64,000 nt of DNA from Turneriella sp. (GCA_965279515.1 CBDIID010000003.1:3552001-3616000); one strand, 5' to 3'; shown: positions 8,946 through 18,747, counted from the first letter of the stretch. Numbers and translations: made by a program. Notes: generated by a model not told the origin, from the sequence alone.

Positions 8946-10052
8946 TCAAAAAAGCCAAAGCTGCTCACCGGCTTTGGCTAGATACAGGTGCGAGAGTTGA
9001 ATTCCCAGCAGACGGATTTTCTCCGTCTTCACTTTTTCCACCGGCACATTGCGCTGAAAGATTGCCCATGCATGTTCCCAAAGATTCTCGGCCGAACGTA
9101 CCGGCACCGGCAAGGTCTGTGACCGCGTGATGGTATGAAAATCTGAGAACCGGATTTTTACCGTCAGTGTTCGCCCCGAAATATTTTTCCGCGTCATGCG
9201 CCCCGCGAGATCGTCGGCAATCTCACGCAGCGCCGCTTCGACCTGGGCCATTGATTCCAGATCTGTTTCATACGTGCGCTCTTCGCCAAAAGACTTTCTC
9301 TCATGCGTCGAGACAACATCGTCGTTGTCGATGCCCCGGGCGAGATCATAGATGCGTGCGCCCCACTTGCCCAACGCCTGCGCCAGAACTTCGGGCTCTG
9401 TGTTTTGCAGATCCATAATCTTGCGGATGCCCAGCCGGTGAAGACTCTCTTTTGCGCGGGGGCCGATCCCCGGTATCGTTTCTACCGCGAGCGGCGCCAG
9501 AAACTCAGCCTCTTTTCCCGGGTGTATCAGGGTCAGGCCGTCTGGTTTTTTGAGCTCTGAGCCCATCTTAGCCAGCGTCATGCCCGTCGCGATGCCGATA
9601 GTACAGGTAAGTCCCGTTTTATCGCGCACGGCCTTTTTGATCGCAAGGCCCAGCTTTTTCCACGTTTCATATTTTTCACCGCTGTCAGAGCAGTCGAGTA
9701 CAGCTTCGTCGATACTCATGCGCAGGTGCTTTTCGCTGAAACCACCCAGTACTTCCATGACTTCGTCCGAGACTTCGCGGTAGCGGTCGATGCGGTGGGG
9801 CATGAAGATCGCTTCGGGGCAGAGTTTGTACGCGGTGCTGACGGGCTGCGCCGAACGCACGCCGAACTTGCGCGCCTCGTAGCTCGCGGCGCTGATGACA
9901 CCTCTGCCATGCCCGCCCTTGGGGTCAGCGCCAACGACGACGGGTTTACCCTTGAGGTCGGGGCGGTCCCTGACCTCGACGCTGGTAAAAAACGCGTCCA
10001 TGTCGACATGGACAATGGTGCGGAAGTTAGCCGCCACGGTTGGCAAAGACAA
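8946..10052 (-). CDS. dinB: DNA polymerase IV (Y-family)
   Basis: HVDMDAFF, SAASYEAR.FGVRSA, SIDEA, little-finger domain RKSFGEERT...IRLLGI. Confidence 0.95.
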   Translation of the reverse strand: MSLPTVAANFRTIVHVDMDAFFTSVEVRDRPDLKGKPVVVGADPKGGHGRGVISAASYEARKFGVRSAQPVSTAYKLCPEAIFMPHRIDRYREVSDEVMEVLGGFSEKHLRMSIDEAVLDCSDSGEKYETWKKLGLAIKKAVRDKTGLTCTIGIATGMTLAKMGSELKKPDGLTLIHPGKEAEFLAPLAVETIPGIGPRAKESLHRLGIRKIMDLQNTEPEVLAQALGKWGARIYDLARGIDNDDVVSTHERKSFGEERTYETDLESMAQVEAALREIADDLAGRMTRKNISGRTLTVKIRFSDFHTITRSQTLPVPVRSAENLWEHAWAIFQRNVPVEKVKTEKIRLLGIQLSHLYLAKAGEQLWLF

Positions 10053-12072
10053 AGGTGAATCTTGTGAATTTTTGCGGCGCCGTCTCGACCTGAAGTTCCG
10101 CCCCTAGCTTACGGGCATTCTCTTCGACGATGTTCATCCCCATGCCGCGGCCGGCAAATTCGGAGACGCTGTTGAGTGTCGAGGCTCCGGCACGAAAGAT
10201 GAGGCGCAATTTTTGTTGGATGTCCATTTGCGAGAGTTCTGCGGCCGTAATTTGATTCTCTGCCAAAAGCTTCTGCGCAATGCCCTCGCCGTCGATACCG
10301 CGCCCGTCGTCTTCGAGAACGATCGTGAGCGCGCCATTATGGATTTCTGCGCGCAAGGCGACGCGCCCTTGAGGTGCCTTGCCGAGATCCTGACGATCTG
10401 CGGCGGGTTCGATGCCGTGGATCGCCGCATTGCGCACGAGGTGCATCAGTATCTCTTTCACCGGTTTGCGCATTGCTGCGGGGATTTTTTCCGTGGAAAA
10501 ATTTTCCGTGTCGAAATGAATCTGCTTGTTCTGCGATTCGGCTGCTTTCGCGAGGGCGGTTTGTAGTGTCCTGAGTAGAAAATCTGTCTTCTTCTCGCTG
10601 GTCAAGGCCGTTTGAAAAGTCGCGATCTTTGAGAGCCAAGAGCGCAATTCTTCGGAAAGGCGGCTGAGTTCCGTAAGCTGTGGCGCGATTTCGACGATGC
10701 GCTCGGCTTTAATCTCTTCGCCTGTGAGCAGGTCGTCGATCGCATTTTCAATGCTATGTGCGAGAGTCGTCAGCGATTGAAAATTTAAGAGCGATGAATT
10801 CCCCTTCACGGAATGGGTGACGCGGAACGCTTCGGTGAGCAGATTCCGCCGCCCGGGGACATCCGCCTTTTGCGCCTCTTCGAGCAGCTTATGCGATTCG
10901 ATGAGGTCCTGATCGAGGTCATCGAGAAATTCGGCGAGCGTCGCGGGCTCTGATTGCAGAATCGCGAGCAAAAGTTCCATGTGCCGGCGATTTTCTTCTT
11001 CTGTGCGTTTGAGTTTTTCCTGCAGCGCAATTTCGTGGGAAATATCGCTGACCGTAACCATGAGGTGATCGACCCTGGCGCCGTCAGCGACACGGTTGAA
11101 GCTGAAGCGCAGGTACTTCTGCTTGCCCGATTCCGCGTAGCTGGCTTTCACCATGGCCAGCGGATTCAGTTTCAAGAGTACGGCTTGTTTTTTGGTACCG
11201 TCGAACATCAGTTCGATAAAGAGTTTTGTCTTGTCGACGACGGCCTGATCCACGAAAGCCGAGATCGCCGTGATGAAATTTTTACTGCGCAGTTCCGGTT
11301 GCTCAAAGATGTTATTCAAAGCGCCCGAGTGGCTTGCCCCGATGATGAATTTTTCGCCACTCTGGAAGAGTAAAAAAAGCCCTTCTTCGACTGCCTGCAG
11401 AATCTGATCGGTTTCGGCTTTTGCCATCGCGAGTTCGACGGTGCGCTCGGCGACCTTGTCTTCGAGCGAATCTTTTTCGGCCGCGAGTTCTTCGTAGGCG
11501 CGGGCATTCTCGAGGCAGACGCCGACCATCGCGGTAAAGGCGGTCAGCATCTCTTCGTCCTCGTGGGTGAAAAAATCGCCGTCGATTTTATTCAGCAGCT
11601 GAATGGCACCTGTGATATGGTTGTGCTGGTTACGTATCGCCATGCAGAGAATGGCGCGCGTGCGGTAATTGATCTTGATGTCATTGTCGCGGCTAAAGCG
11701 CGGGTCTTCGTAGGCGTCGGGAATGTTCACCGTTTCACCCGAGTCGGCGACAAAGCCGATAATCCCCGTGCCGCGCGGCAGCCGTATTTCAGAACCGTCG
11801 AGCGTCACGGAGGCGAAAATTTCGCCGCGCGCCTCGTCGATCATGAAGATCGATGCCTTATCGGCGTTCATGACGATGCGCGCCTTGCTCAAGACTTCGG
11901 ACAAGAGTTTTTTGACGTCAACCGAACCCATCAGCGAGCGCGACGCCTGCATGATGAGTGCGAGTTTATTGAGACGGGCGATGAGGCGTTTTAAATCGCC
12001 TGATTTGACCACGCGTTTATCGGGAAGCTCCCGCACGAGATCTGAAAACTGAAGTTCGCTTTGCTCTGACAT
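10027..12072 (-). CDS. GAF-domain CheA-like histidine kinase (GAF-PAS-like-Hpt-HATPase, no CheW domain)
   Basis: GAF motifs (NIPDAYEDPRF, QLLNKIDG..FT..DE); Hpt FRVTHSVKG; HATPase HLVRNAAIHGIE, DDGRG, GRGMGM. Confidence 0.88.
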   Translation of the reverse strand: MSEQSELQFSDLVRELPDKRVVKSGDLKRLIARLNKLALIMQASRSLMGSVDVKKLLSEVLSKARIVMNADKASIFMIDEARGEIFASVTLDGSEIRLPRGTGIIGFVADSGETVNIPDAYEDPRFSRDNDIKINYRTRAILCMAIRNQHNHITGAIQLLNKIDGDFFTHEDEEMLTAFTAMVGVCLENARAYEELAAEKDSLEDKVAERTVELAMAKAETDQILQAVEEGLFLLFQSGEKFIIGASHSGALNNIFEQPELRSKNFITAISAFVDQAVVDKTKLFIELMFDGTKKQAVLLKLNPLAMVKASYAESGKQKYLRFSFNRVADGARVDHLMVTVSDISHEIALQEKLKRTEEENRRHMELLLAILQSEPATLAEFLDDLDQDLIESHKLLEEAQKADVPGRRNLLTEAFRVTHSVKGNSSLLNFQSLTTLAHSIENAIDDLLTGEEIKAERIVEIAPQLTELSRLSEELRSWLSKIATFQTALTSEKKTDFLLRTLQTALAKAAESQNKQIHFDTENFSTEKIPAAMRKPVKEILMHLVRNAAIHGIEPAADRQDLGKAPQGRVALRAEIHNGALTIVLEDDGRGIDGEGIAQKLLAENQITAAELSQMDIQQKLRLIFRAGASTLNSVSEFAGRGMGMNIVEENARKLGAELQVETAPQKFTRFTFVFANRGG

Positions 12073-12125
12073 CGTAGCTGTAGCTAAATGCTGACACGAC
12101 GATTTTTTCCCTCTGCGCGGCTACT

Positions 12126-13067
12126 TTATATCTTGGCGAGATGGAAATTCGGGCGCTCGGGCTGGCCGCGGCGGCGCACTTCGAAGTGCAGGTGGGGGCC
12201 GGTCGAGCGACCGGTCATGCCTGAGAGCGCGATCGCACGCCCCTGCGTCACCTTATCGCCGTTTTTCACGTTGATTTTGCTTAAGTGGCCATAGAGCGTG
12301 CGGTAGCCGTTGCGGTGCTCGACAATCACGGTTTTACCATAACCCTTTTTGGTACCGGCAAAAACCACATTGCCCTCAGCCGAGGCGACGACCTTGGTGC
12401 CGATGGCGCAGGCGATATCGATGCCTTTATGGAACTTATGCTTTTCGGTGAACGGATCGACCCGCACACCGAAGCCCGAAGTGATGCGCCCGGCCACAGG
12501 ATGGATAAACGCCTTGAGATTGAAAAATTCCGTTTCGGTTTCGTCGAAATGCAGCCCGGTAATGAAGTAATAATTCTCACGCTCGGGTATCGGTATCAGT
12601 GCGTCTGGGGACGTGCCGAATTTTTTCGCAATCAGCTTTTTCTCGCCGTGCACGGCAATACCCCGCACATTCGGCAACAGCCATTCGTCTCCCTGCGAGA
12701 CATCCCACAGCGAAGCGAGCCGGTTCACACTCGAAATCGTATCGTGGTTGAGCATCGTGCGCGCCATCACCTTGAAAAAGGTATCGGTCTTTTTGATTTT
12801 GTAGCGGCGCCACTTGATTTCGACCTCGCGGTTGTCGGCGACGAGGCGCAGGTTGTCAGAGACCTCGCTGCGCATGAGTTTGATCTCGGGGTCGTTGTGC
12901 GACAGCGATTTGATGTAGGTCTGGCCACGCGTAGCAAAGGCCGGTAGAATTGCAAAAATCAGAGGCACTAAACGCAGAGGACGCAGAGTTTCGCGGAGGT
13001 GGAGAGGGCTGGCAAATTTTAACTTTGCGCTCCTTGGCGGCCTTTGCGGTTCCATGTAGCCGGCCAT
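12126..13067 (-). CDS. M23 family peptidase with LysM-like domain
   Basis: HKGIDIA (HxxxD), LYGHLS, STGPHLHFEV. Start codon uncertain. Confidence 0.9.
   Translation of the reverse strand: MAGYMEPQRPPRSAKLKFASPLHLRETLRPLRLVPLIFAILPAFATRGQTYIKSLSHNDPEIKLMRSEVSDNLRLVADNREVEIKWRRYKIKKTDTFFKVMARTMLNHDTISSVNRLASLWDVSQGDEWLLPNVRGIAVHGEKKLIAKKFGTSPDALIPIPERENYYFITGLHFDETETEFFNLKAFIHPVAGRITSGFGVRVDPFTEKHKFHKGIDIACAIGTKVVASAEGNVVFAGTKKGYGKTVIVEHRNGYRTLYGHLSKINVKNGDKVTQGRAIALSGMTGRSTGPHLHFEVRRRGQPERPNFHLAKI
12970..13051. repeat. Imperfect palindromic (REP/MITE-like) element
   Basis: Arms AAACGCAGAGGACGCAGAGTTTCGCGGAG and CTTTGCGCTCCTTGGCGGCCTTTGCGGTT pair with G:U wobbles and have an internal 9-10 nt periodicity. 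Confidence 0.65.
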
Positions 13068-13120
13068 ATTCTCTACCTGTTGTTATAATCGGCATTTACC
13101 TGTTAACCATGAAGGAAATT

Positions 13121-13982
13121 ATGTCTCATCGGCCCGACACTCATCGAGACCCTCAGAAAGGCCGAAGTCTTCTTCACCGAAAAGGGCGTCACTTCACCCC
13201 GCCTCGAGGCACAGCTTATTTTTGCGCACTTCTTAAAGCTCAGGCGGATTGACCTCTTCACGCAAACGGACCGGCCAATGGTGGCTTCTGAACTCGAAAC
13301 TTTGCGCCAGGCGATGCGCGACAAGATTGCCGGCAAGCCGACCGCATACATTCTGGGCGAAAAAGAATTCTATGGCCGATCATTCGCGGTCGACGCGGCC
13401 GTTCTTATCCCGCGCCCCGAAACGGAAGAGTTGGTCGAGCATGTGGTTAAAGAAGGTGTAACACCAAATCACGTGGTCGACTTGGGTGCGGGCTCGGGCG
13501 CGATCGGTGTCACGCTCGCGGCCGAACTCAAGGCCAAGGCACTGACGCTCATTGACATTTCTGGCGCGGCGCTGGCCGTCGCGCGTGGCAATGCCGAGCG
13601 GCTGCTTGCCGAGTCGGCCGTTCAGTTACAATGCAGCGAGGCGGATTTCACGCGGGAAAATTTCTCGCTCTCTGAAAAAGCCGACATCATCGTGAGCAAT
13701 CCCCCCTATGTCTTGCCTGAGGAGTATGCTGTTCTCGACAGCGATGTGCGCGATTTCGAACCGAGGTTGGCGCTGGTCGCGGAAAATTTCGAGAACCTGC
13801 ACCGTGGCCTCATCGCGAATGCGTTTGCAAATCTTGTGGCGGGTGGGCTGTTCGCTCTCGAGACACACCCACAGAAAACGGCCGAGGTCGCTGCCTGGGC
13901 CACGGGTCAGGGCTTTGTCAGGGTCGAAATCCGGAATGACTTTGCGGGGCGTCCGCACTTCGTTTTTGGCCGCAAGGCATAA
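13121..13982 (+). CDS. prmC: Release factor glutamine methyltransferase; SD-preceded ATG is out of frame with the conserved body
   Basis: GKPTAYILGEKEFYG, VLIPRPETE, DLGAGSG, SNPPY. PrmC N-domain (TLIETLRKAE..F..KGV.SPRLEAQL) is in frame from about 13134 but is preceded by TGA at 13110. Confidence 0.9.
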
Positions 13983-14009
13983 CCCTCACCCCAGAGGGGA
14001 GGAACATTT

Positions 14010-14915
14010 ATGAAATCTAAATACATTATTCTCGGACTTGCCGTACTGACGGTCTCTGTCTTCGGCTTCATTTTCGAAAATGTTTTTTCGATCTGGGAGC
14101 AGGCATCGTATGCGCGTTTTCGCCCGGTGACCACCGGTTTGCCGTCTGCGCAGATTGCGCGCGATGTGAAAGTAGGGCAAGTAACTGCCGACTTCTTCAT
14201 TGTACCTCCCGTTACGGGCCAACCGAAACGACCATTGCTCGTTGTTGTGCACGGCGGCTTTTTGCAGGGCGGCAATAAGAAGAACTATGCTTACCTCGGT
14301 GGTCTCGGCGTGCGCCACGGCTATGTTGTCGCCATTGTACAGCTGCCGCATTTTCCGGGAATTTTTACCCGGCCATTTTATTCTGCCGACGGCCTGAAGG
14401 CGCGCGCCTTGCCGGCGCAGGCGAAAATGCTCGCCGAATTTCTCGCTGAAGTGAAAGCATTGGCAGAACCCTATGCATTCGACGCCGAGCGTATTCACAT
14501 TCTTGCCCACGGTTCGGGGGCACTGCTCTTGGGCGAAGCGGATGTCTCAAAATTTAAGAGTGTGGCTTTGATCTCGCCGATTTTTTCCCTGGTGAAAAAC
14601 GTGGTACAGATTGCACCGATGCAGCTACGTGCCATCGACGGCTTTATCAAAGACGCCGACGCGCTGAAGTTATCGCCCGCCCTATGGCTCACGAAGACCA
14701 CGAGCCCGGTGCTTTTGATTTGCACGGAACGCGACCTGCCTTATATCAAGGACGCCTGCAAGACCGCGGCGCTGGAAAGAGCCGGCGCGAAACCCATGCA
14801 GCGCGTGATCGTACAGCGGCCGTCGCATTTTGAACTCATGTTCCATCTGGGCAGCAAGGTCGAGAATGCGACCGAGCCGTTTAAAAAGTTCTTATTCGAT
14901 AATGTGAAACTTTAA
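14010..14915 (+). CDS. Alpha/beta-hydrolase fold protein (HSL/esterase-like) with atypical nucleophile elbow
   Basis: VVHGGFLQGG oxyanion motif; AHGSG in place of GHSAG; N-terminal TM/signal; GGAGG SD. Confidence 0.7.
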   Translation: MKSKYIILGLAVLTVSVFGFIFENVFSIWEQASYARFRPVTTGLPSAQIARDVKVGQVTADFFIVPPVTGQPKRPLLVVVHGGFLQGGNKKNYAYLGGLGVRHGYVVAIVQLPHFPGIFTRPFYSADGLKARALPAQAKMLAEFLAEVKALAEPYAFDAERIHILAHGSGALLLGEADVSKFKSVALISPIFSLVKNVVQIAPMQLRAIDGFIKDADALKLSPALWLTKTTSPVLLICTERDLPYIKDACKTAALERAGAKPMQRVIVQRPSHFELMFHLGSKVENATEPFKKFLFDNVKL

Positions 14916-15012
14916 TTACCACGATGGTCCTGGAGCTTTCCGCGCACTCCATGGCTGGCTGATCCTTGAAAACTCATTGACGGCGACCCAGTAGGTTCGA
15001 TGCTAAACGCCG

Positions 15013-16065
15013 ATGCGCTCCGTGTACGTTCTTGTTTTTTTCCTGGGCGTAACGGCGATCCACGGAACACAATTGCAGAAAGTGCTGATTTTGCCCATCG
15101 TCAACATCGAGAAAGATCCGAACCTGAGTTATCTGGAAAATTCGATTTCTTCGGCGTTGCTTGAAAAGCTTCGAGAAAAACTTGCCTTCGACGAATTGAG
15201 CGAAGAAACCTGGCAGCGCGTCGCCGAACAAAACTATATTCTGCGCGACGAATTATACACGAGAAGCGCGGCCATGAATCTCGGCGTGCTTGCGAACCAG
15301 GATATTGTGATTCACGGTGGTTTTAAAGCGGAGTATAAAAAGAAAGCGCTCATTCGCGCTACGGCATACGTTCTCGACACGAAACGCAAGAAATCTCTTT
15401 CTAAAATTGAAATGGAGTTTCCCGTGGATAGCGAACTCTTCAACGCGGTTAACACGATTGCGGACCGCATTGAAAAAGAAGCGCGTAAGGTGATTCCCAG
15501 TAAAGAAGACGCCTCGCGTATCGGTTTGACCAGCGGTGCCCCCTTTTTCTCCGATTGGACTCTCGGCCTCAAAGCCGGCGCGGGTTTTTACGCCGACGGT
15601 TACAGTAAATATTTTACGGCCCGGCCTCCGGCGATCACGGCAACTTTACGCACCCGCCTGCCAAAGTTGCATCCCAGGCTCACCGCTGGAACGGGCGTTA
15701 CGTTCATGGCACACACCTTGAGGGAAGGTACCGATTCTCCTTTGCAGATGTTGGGTGTTTCGGCGACGACGTTGAATTTCATGCTTCCGGTATCTTTCGG
15801 TTATGAGTTCCCGCTTACGAAAGGCACATTTCTCGAACCGAATGTCGGGGGTGGCTACGTATTCCAGTCCACTTCGGTTACGGGAAACGGCGTCGACACG
15901 ACGCTCACGAACGGATTTCCTTTTGCCAGGCTTGGCTTCACCTGGGGTTACCAGGCGGCCGCGCAGTTGGATATTCTGCTTTCGCTGGACTGCATCGCCT
16001 ACATAGAGCGTGGCGTTGTTACGTACTTACCGATGGCGACGGGGGGAGTTCAGTATAAAATCTGA
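15013..16065 (+). CDS. Secreted protein: TolB-N/CsgG-like alpha/beta domain plus C-terminal outer-membrane beta-barrel
   Basis: Signal peptide; KVLILPIVNIEKDPNLSYLE; alternating beta-strands ending GGVQYKI; paralogous to 43038..44165. Confidence 0.6.
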   Translation: MRSVYVLVFFLGVTAIHGTQLQKVLILPIVNIEKDPNLSYLENSISSALLEKLREKLAFDELSEETWQRVAEQNYILRDELYTRSAAMNLGVLANQDIVIHGGFKAEYKKKALIRATAYVLDTKRKKSLSKIEMEFPVDSELFNAVNTIADRIEKEARKVIPSKEDASRIGLTSGAPFFSDWTLGLKAGAGFYADGYSKYFTARPPAITATLRTRLPKLHPRLTAGTGVTFMAHTLREGTDSPLQMLGVSATTLNFMLPVSFGYEFPLTKGTFLEPNVGGGYVFQSTSVTGNGVDTTLTNGFPFARLGFTWGYQAAAQLDILLSLDCIAYIERGVVTYLPMATGGVQYKI

Positions 16066-16184
16066 TTCAGGGTGCCCCACAATACGCCAAAACTGCCTGC
16101 ATCATCAGGTATTTTCAACGAAAAGCCCGCTGCGCTGAAAATACGGTTTACATCTGCGGAGTTCTGGATTCTGAAGATTGCATA

Positions 16185-17225
16185 GTGCGTAATTTACGAT
16201 ATGGCAAAAGAAGCTGGATGTTCATCTGTGTCTGCGCATTTCTTTCCTGCAAGAATTTGACCTCTACAGAAGACTTGCTGAATACCCGCTTTCCCTTCGC
16301 ATTACAAGTTTTGCCCAGGGAATTTAAGGTACTGGCGGGCGACGCTGTGCATCTGCGCGCGAGCGGAGGTACGCCTCCCTATGAATACAAAATTTTTTCC
16401 GGCGTCGGTTCTGTGAGTCGCGACGGCGCTTTTTCGTCGGGTGTACCGGGCTTGACTGTAATCCAGGTAAATGACAAGGCTGGTGCCAGCCGGGTTGTTC
16501 AGGGGGTCGTCCAAATCGTGTCGCGCGATCCCGCAGATCTTACGGCCGTGCAATCGAATTTGAAGTTATGGCTGAAAGCGGATAGCCTCTCTCTGAACGA
16601 CGGTAATCCCGTCGCAACTTGGGTAAATAGCGCCGTTCCAGGAGTGAACAATGCCGTTTCGACTCCCGGTAATGAGCCTATACTCAAGACAAAAATTTAT
16701 AACGGAAAACCAACGCTGCGATTTAGTTCCCCGCGAAGCCTCAGTCTGGGATCGCTGGCAATAGGCGGCGCTTTCACCGTATTTATCGTTGCGACTCCCT
16801 CAAGTGCCGTGAACGCGTTTATTCTGCGCGGTTCGAATGTTCACGGGGTGCCTGCATTCGGCAGCAATTATAATCAGCGGCCATACGAGTACGCATTTAC
16901 CGACGGCGGACCGTTTGATCGTTTCCTCATTCAAGCACACACCAGCGGACTCAACTTGTTCACTTATTCGCAGGCGAGCGATCTGAAAGTGCGAACATTT
17001 TTTAACGGGGATTTACAGCAAGATACTTATGCCAGCATCAGCGTCGCGGCGTATAATTTCATTTCCATTGGTGGGCCTCCGGCATATCCCCCCAGCGAGA
17101 ACTATTTTGACGGAGATATAGCCGAGATAATCTTCTACAGCATCGTACTGACAACTCTTGACCGTTACGCGATCGACTGCCATCTGATGCAAAAATACGG
17201 CATCGAAAACGACGTCTGTTTATAA
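16185..17225 (+). CDS. Lipoprotein with Ig-like and LamG/concanavalin-A-like domains
   Basis: Lipobox AFLSC; ASGGTPPY; LKLWLKADSL...V.TW; FDGDIAEIIFY...L..KYGI. Confidence 0.7.
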   Translation: MRNLRYGKRSWMFICVCAFLSCKNLTSTEDLLNTRFPFALQVLPREFKVLAGDAVHLRASGGTPPYEYKIFSGVGSVSRDGAFSSGVPGLTVIQVNDKAGASRVVQGVVQIVSRDPADLTAVQSNLKLWLKADSLSLNDGNPVATWVNSAVPGVNNAVSTPGNEPILKTKIYNGKPTLRFSSPRSLSLGSLAIGGAFTVFIVATPSSAVNAFILRGSNVHGVPAFGSNYNQRPYEYAFTDGGPFDRFLIQAHTSGLNLFTYSQASDLKVRTFFNGDLQQDTYASISVAAYNFISIGGPPAYPPSENYFDGDIAEIIFYSIVLTTLDRYAIDCHLMQKYGIENDVCL

Positions 17226-17275
17226 TACCGAAGAGATCTGCGCTATGCCCGCGCCCAGGGGTGAAAAATCCTGTT

Positions 17276-17680
17276 CTAAAGGTGAAACGCTTCGGGCAGC
17301 AGAGCGCTGATCTTGAGTTTTTTCACACCCTTTGTCGCGGGAAAAAAAACAACGCCGCCTTTGCCGAATTCAAAAATCACCTGGCGGCAGGCGCCGCAGG
17401 GCGGCGTGGCGCCCGGTTTGTCGCTGACGACATAGATGGCTTTGATGAGTGACGCGCGGTTATCAGTGATCTTCAGCATCGCCGCTGAGATGGCATTGCG
17501 TTCGGCGCACATCGTGAGACCATACGATGCGTTCTCGACATTGCAGCCGGTGTAGATGTAGCCATCATTACCTAAAATTGCCGAACCGACGTGGATGTTC
17601 GAGTACGGTGCGTAGGCCCGTTTCGCCGCCTTCAGCGCTTCTTCGCGCAATTCGGCGATCATGTTTTTATCTATTTTCAT
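17276..17680 (-). CDS. cdd: Cytidine deaminase
   Basis: AYAPYS..VG, GCNVENASYGLTMCAER, PCGACRQ. Confidence 0.95.
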   Translation of the reverse strand: MKIDKNMIAELREEALKAAKRAYAPYSNIHVGSAILGNDGYIYTGCNVENASYGLTMCAERNAISAAMLKITDNRASLIKAIYVVSDKPGATPPCGACRQVIFEFGKGGVVFFPATKGVKKLKISALLPEAFHL

Positions 17681-17689
17681 AATTCCTTT

Positions 17690-18691
17690 CTACAGTAATG
17701 CAGCGATCTGCACTGCGTTCAATGCGGCGCCCTTGAGTAACTGATCGCCGGCGATAAAAATATTCAGCGCCTTGTCGGGCATGCTGATGTCTTTGCGCAC
17801 GCGGCCGACGAGACAATCCCATTCGCCCGAAGCCTCGAGCGGCATGGGAAAATGATTCTTCGCACGGTCGTCGACGACTTTGACACCGGGGAAATCCGCC
17901 AGGAGTTTGCGCGCTTCATCTTCAGACGGCGCCGCGCCTTCAAATTCGATGTTGATCGACTCGGCATGAGCGCGCAGAATCGGCACGCGGATGCATGTCG
18001 GGCTGATCGAGATTTTGTCGTTGTGGAGAATCTTTTTGGTCTCTTTGACCATTTTCATTTCTTCTTCATTATAACCCTCGGCGCCGATGGTTGTGTTGTG
18101 TGAGAACAGGTTGAAGCCGTAGGGGTACGGCATCTTCTGCGGCGTGAACGCTGTACCATCGAGCACCGCGCGGGTCGAATCTTTGAGCTCTTCCATCGCC
18201 GCCCAGCCTGCGCCCGAAGCTGCCTGGTAGGTCGAAACCACAAGGCGACGCACGGGATATTTTTTCAGTAATGGATAAACTCCCATCAGCATGATAATGG
18301 TCGAGCAGTTGGGGTTGGCGATCGTACCTTTGTGTGCTTTCGCATCCTGCGGATTGATTTCAGGAATCACCAGCGGCGTGCCTTCACGCATGCGGAACGC
18401 CGAGCTGTTGTCGACCATGACGCAGCCGGCTTCGAGCGTGTATTTTTCAAACTCTTTGCTGACAGAACTGCCCGCTGAAAACAGCGCAATATCCATGCCT
18501 TTGAAAGACTCAGGCGTCATCTCTTCGACAGTGATCTCTTCACCGCGGAATTTGAGCTTTTTGCCGGCGCTGCGTTTCGTGGCGAGCAGTTTCAGCGTAT
18601 TTACGGGAAAATCCATCTTTTCGAGCACACTCATGAACTCGATGCCGACTGCGCCCGAGGCGCCGGCGATTGCCACATTTTTGCCTGCCAT
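17690..18691 (-). CDS. asd: Aspartate-semialdehyde dehydrogenase
   Basis: GASGAVG, DNSSAFRM, ANPNCST, YQAASGAG, LKGAALNAVQIA. Confidence 0.95.
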   Translation of the reverse strand: MAGKNVAIAGASGAVGIEFMSVLEKMDFPVNTLKLLATKRSAGKKLKFRGEEITVEEMTPESFKGMDIALFSAGSSVSKEFEKYTLEAGCVMVDNSSAFRMREGTPLVIPEINPQDAKAHKGTIANPNCSTIIMLMGVYPLLKKYPVRRLVVSTYQAASGAGWAAMEELKDSTRAVLDGTAFTPQKMPYPYGFNLFSHNTTIGAEGYNEEEMKMVKETKKILHNDKISISPTCIRVPILRAHAESINIEFEGAAPSEDEARKLLADFPGVKVVDDRAKNHFPMPLEASGEWDCLVGRVRKDISMPDKALNIFIAGDQLLKGAALNAVQIAALL

Positions 18692-18747
18692 AGACGCGGT
18701 TATTTTTTGCGAGACAGGCTGAAAATCGAAACCGGGGATGTCCTCGG

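Noticed and set aside
16165..16191. TGGATT-N17-CGTA upstream of the LamG lipoprotein
   Set aside because: Only a partial -35 match, and it overlaps the likely GTG start; could be chance.
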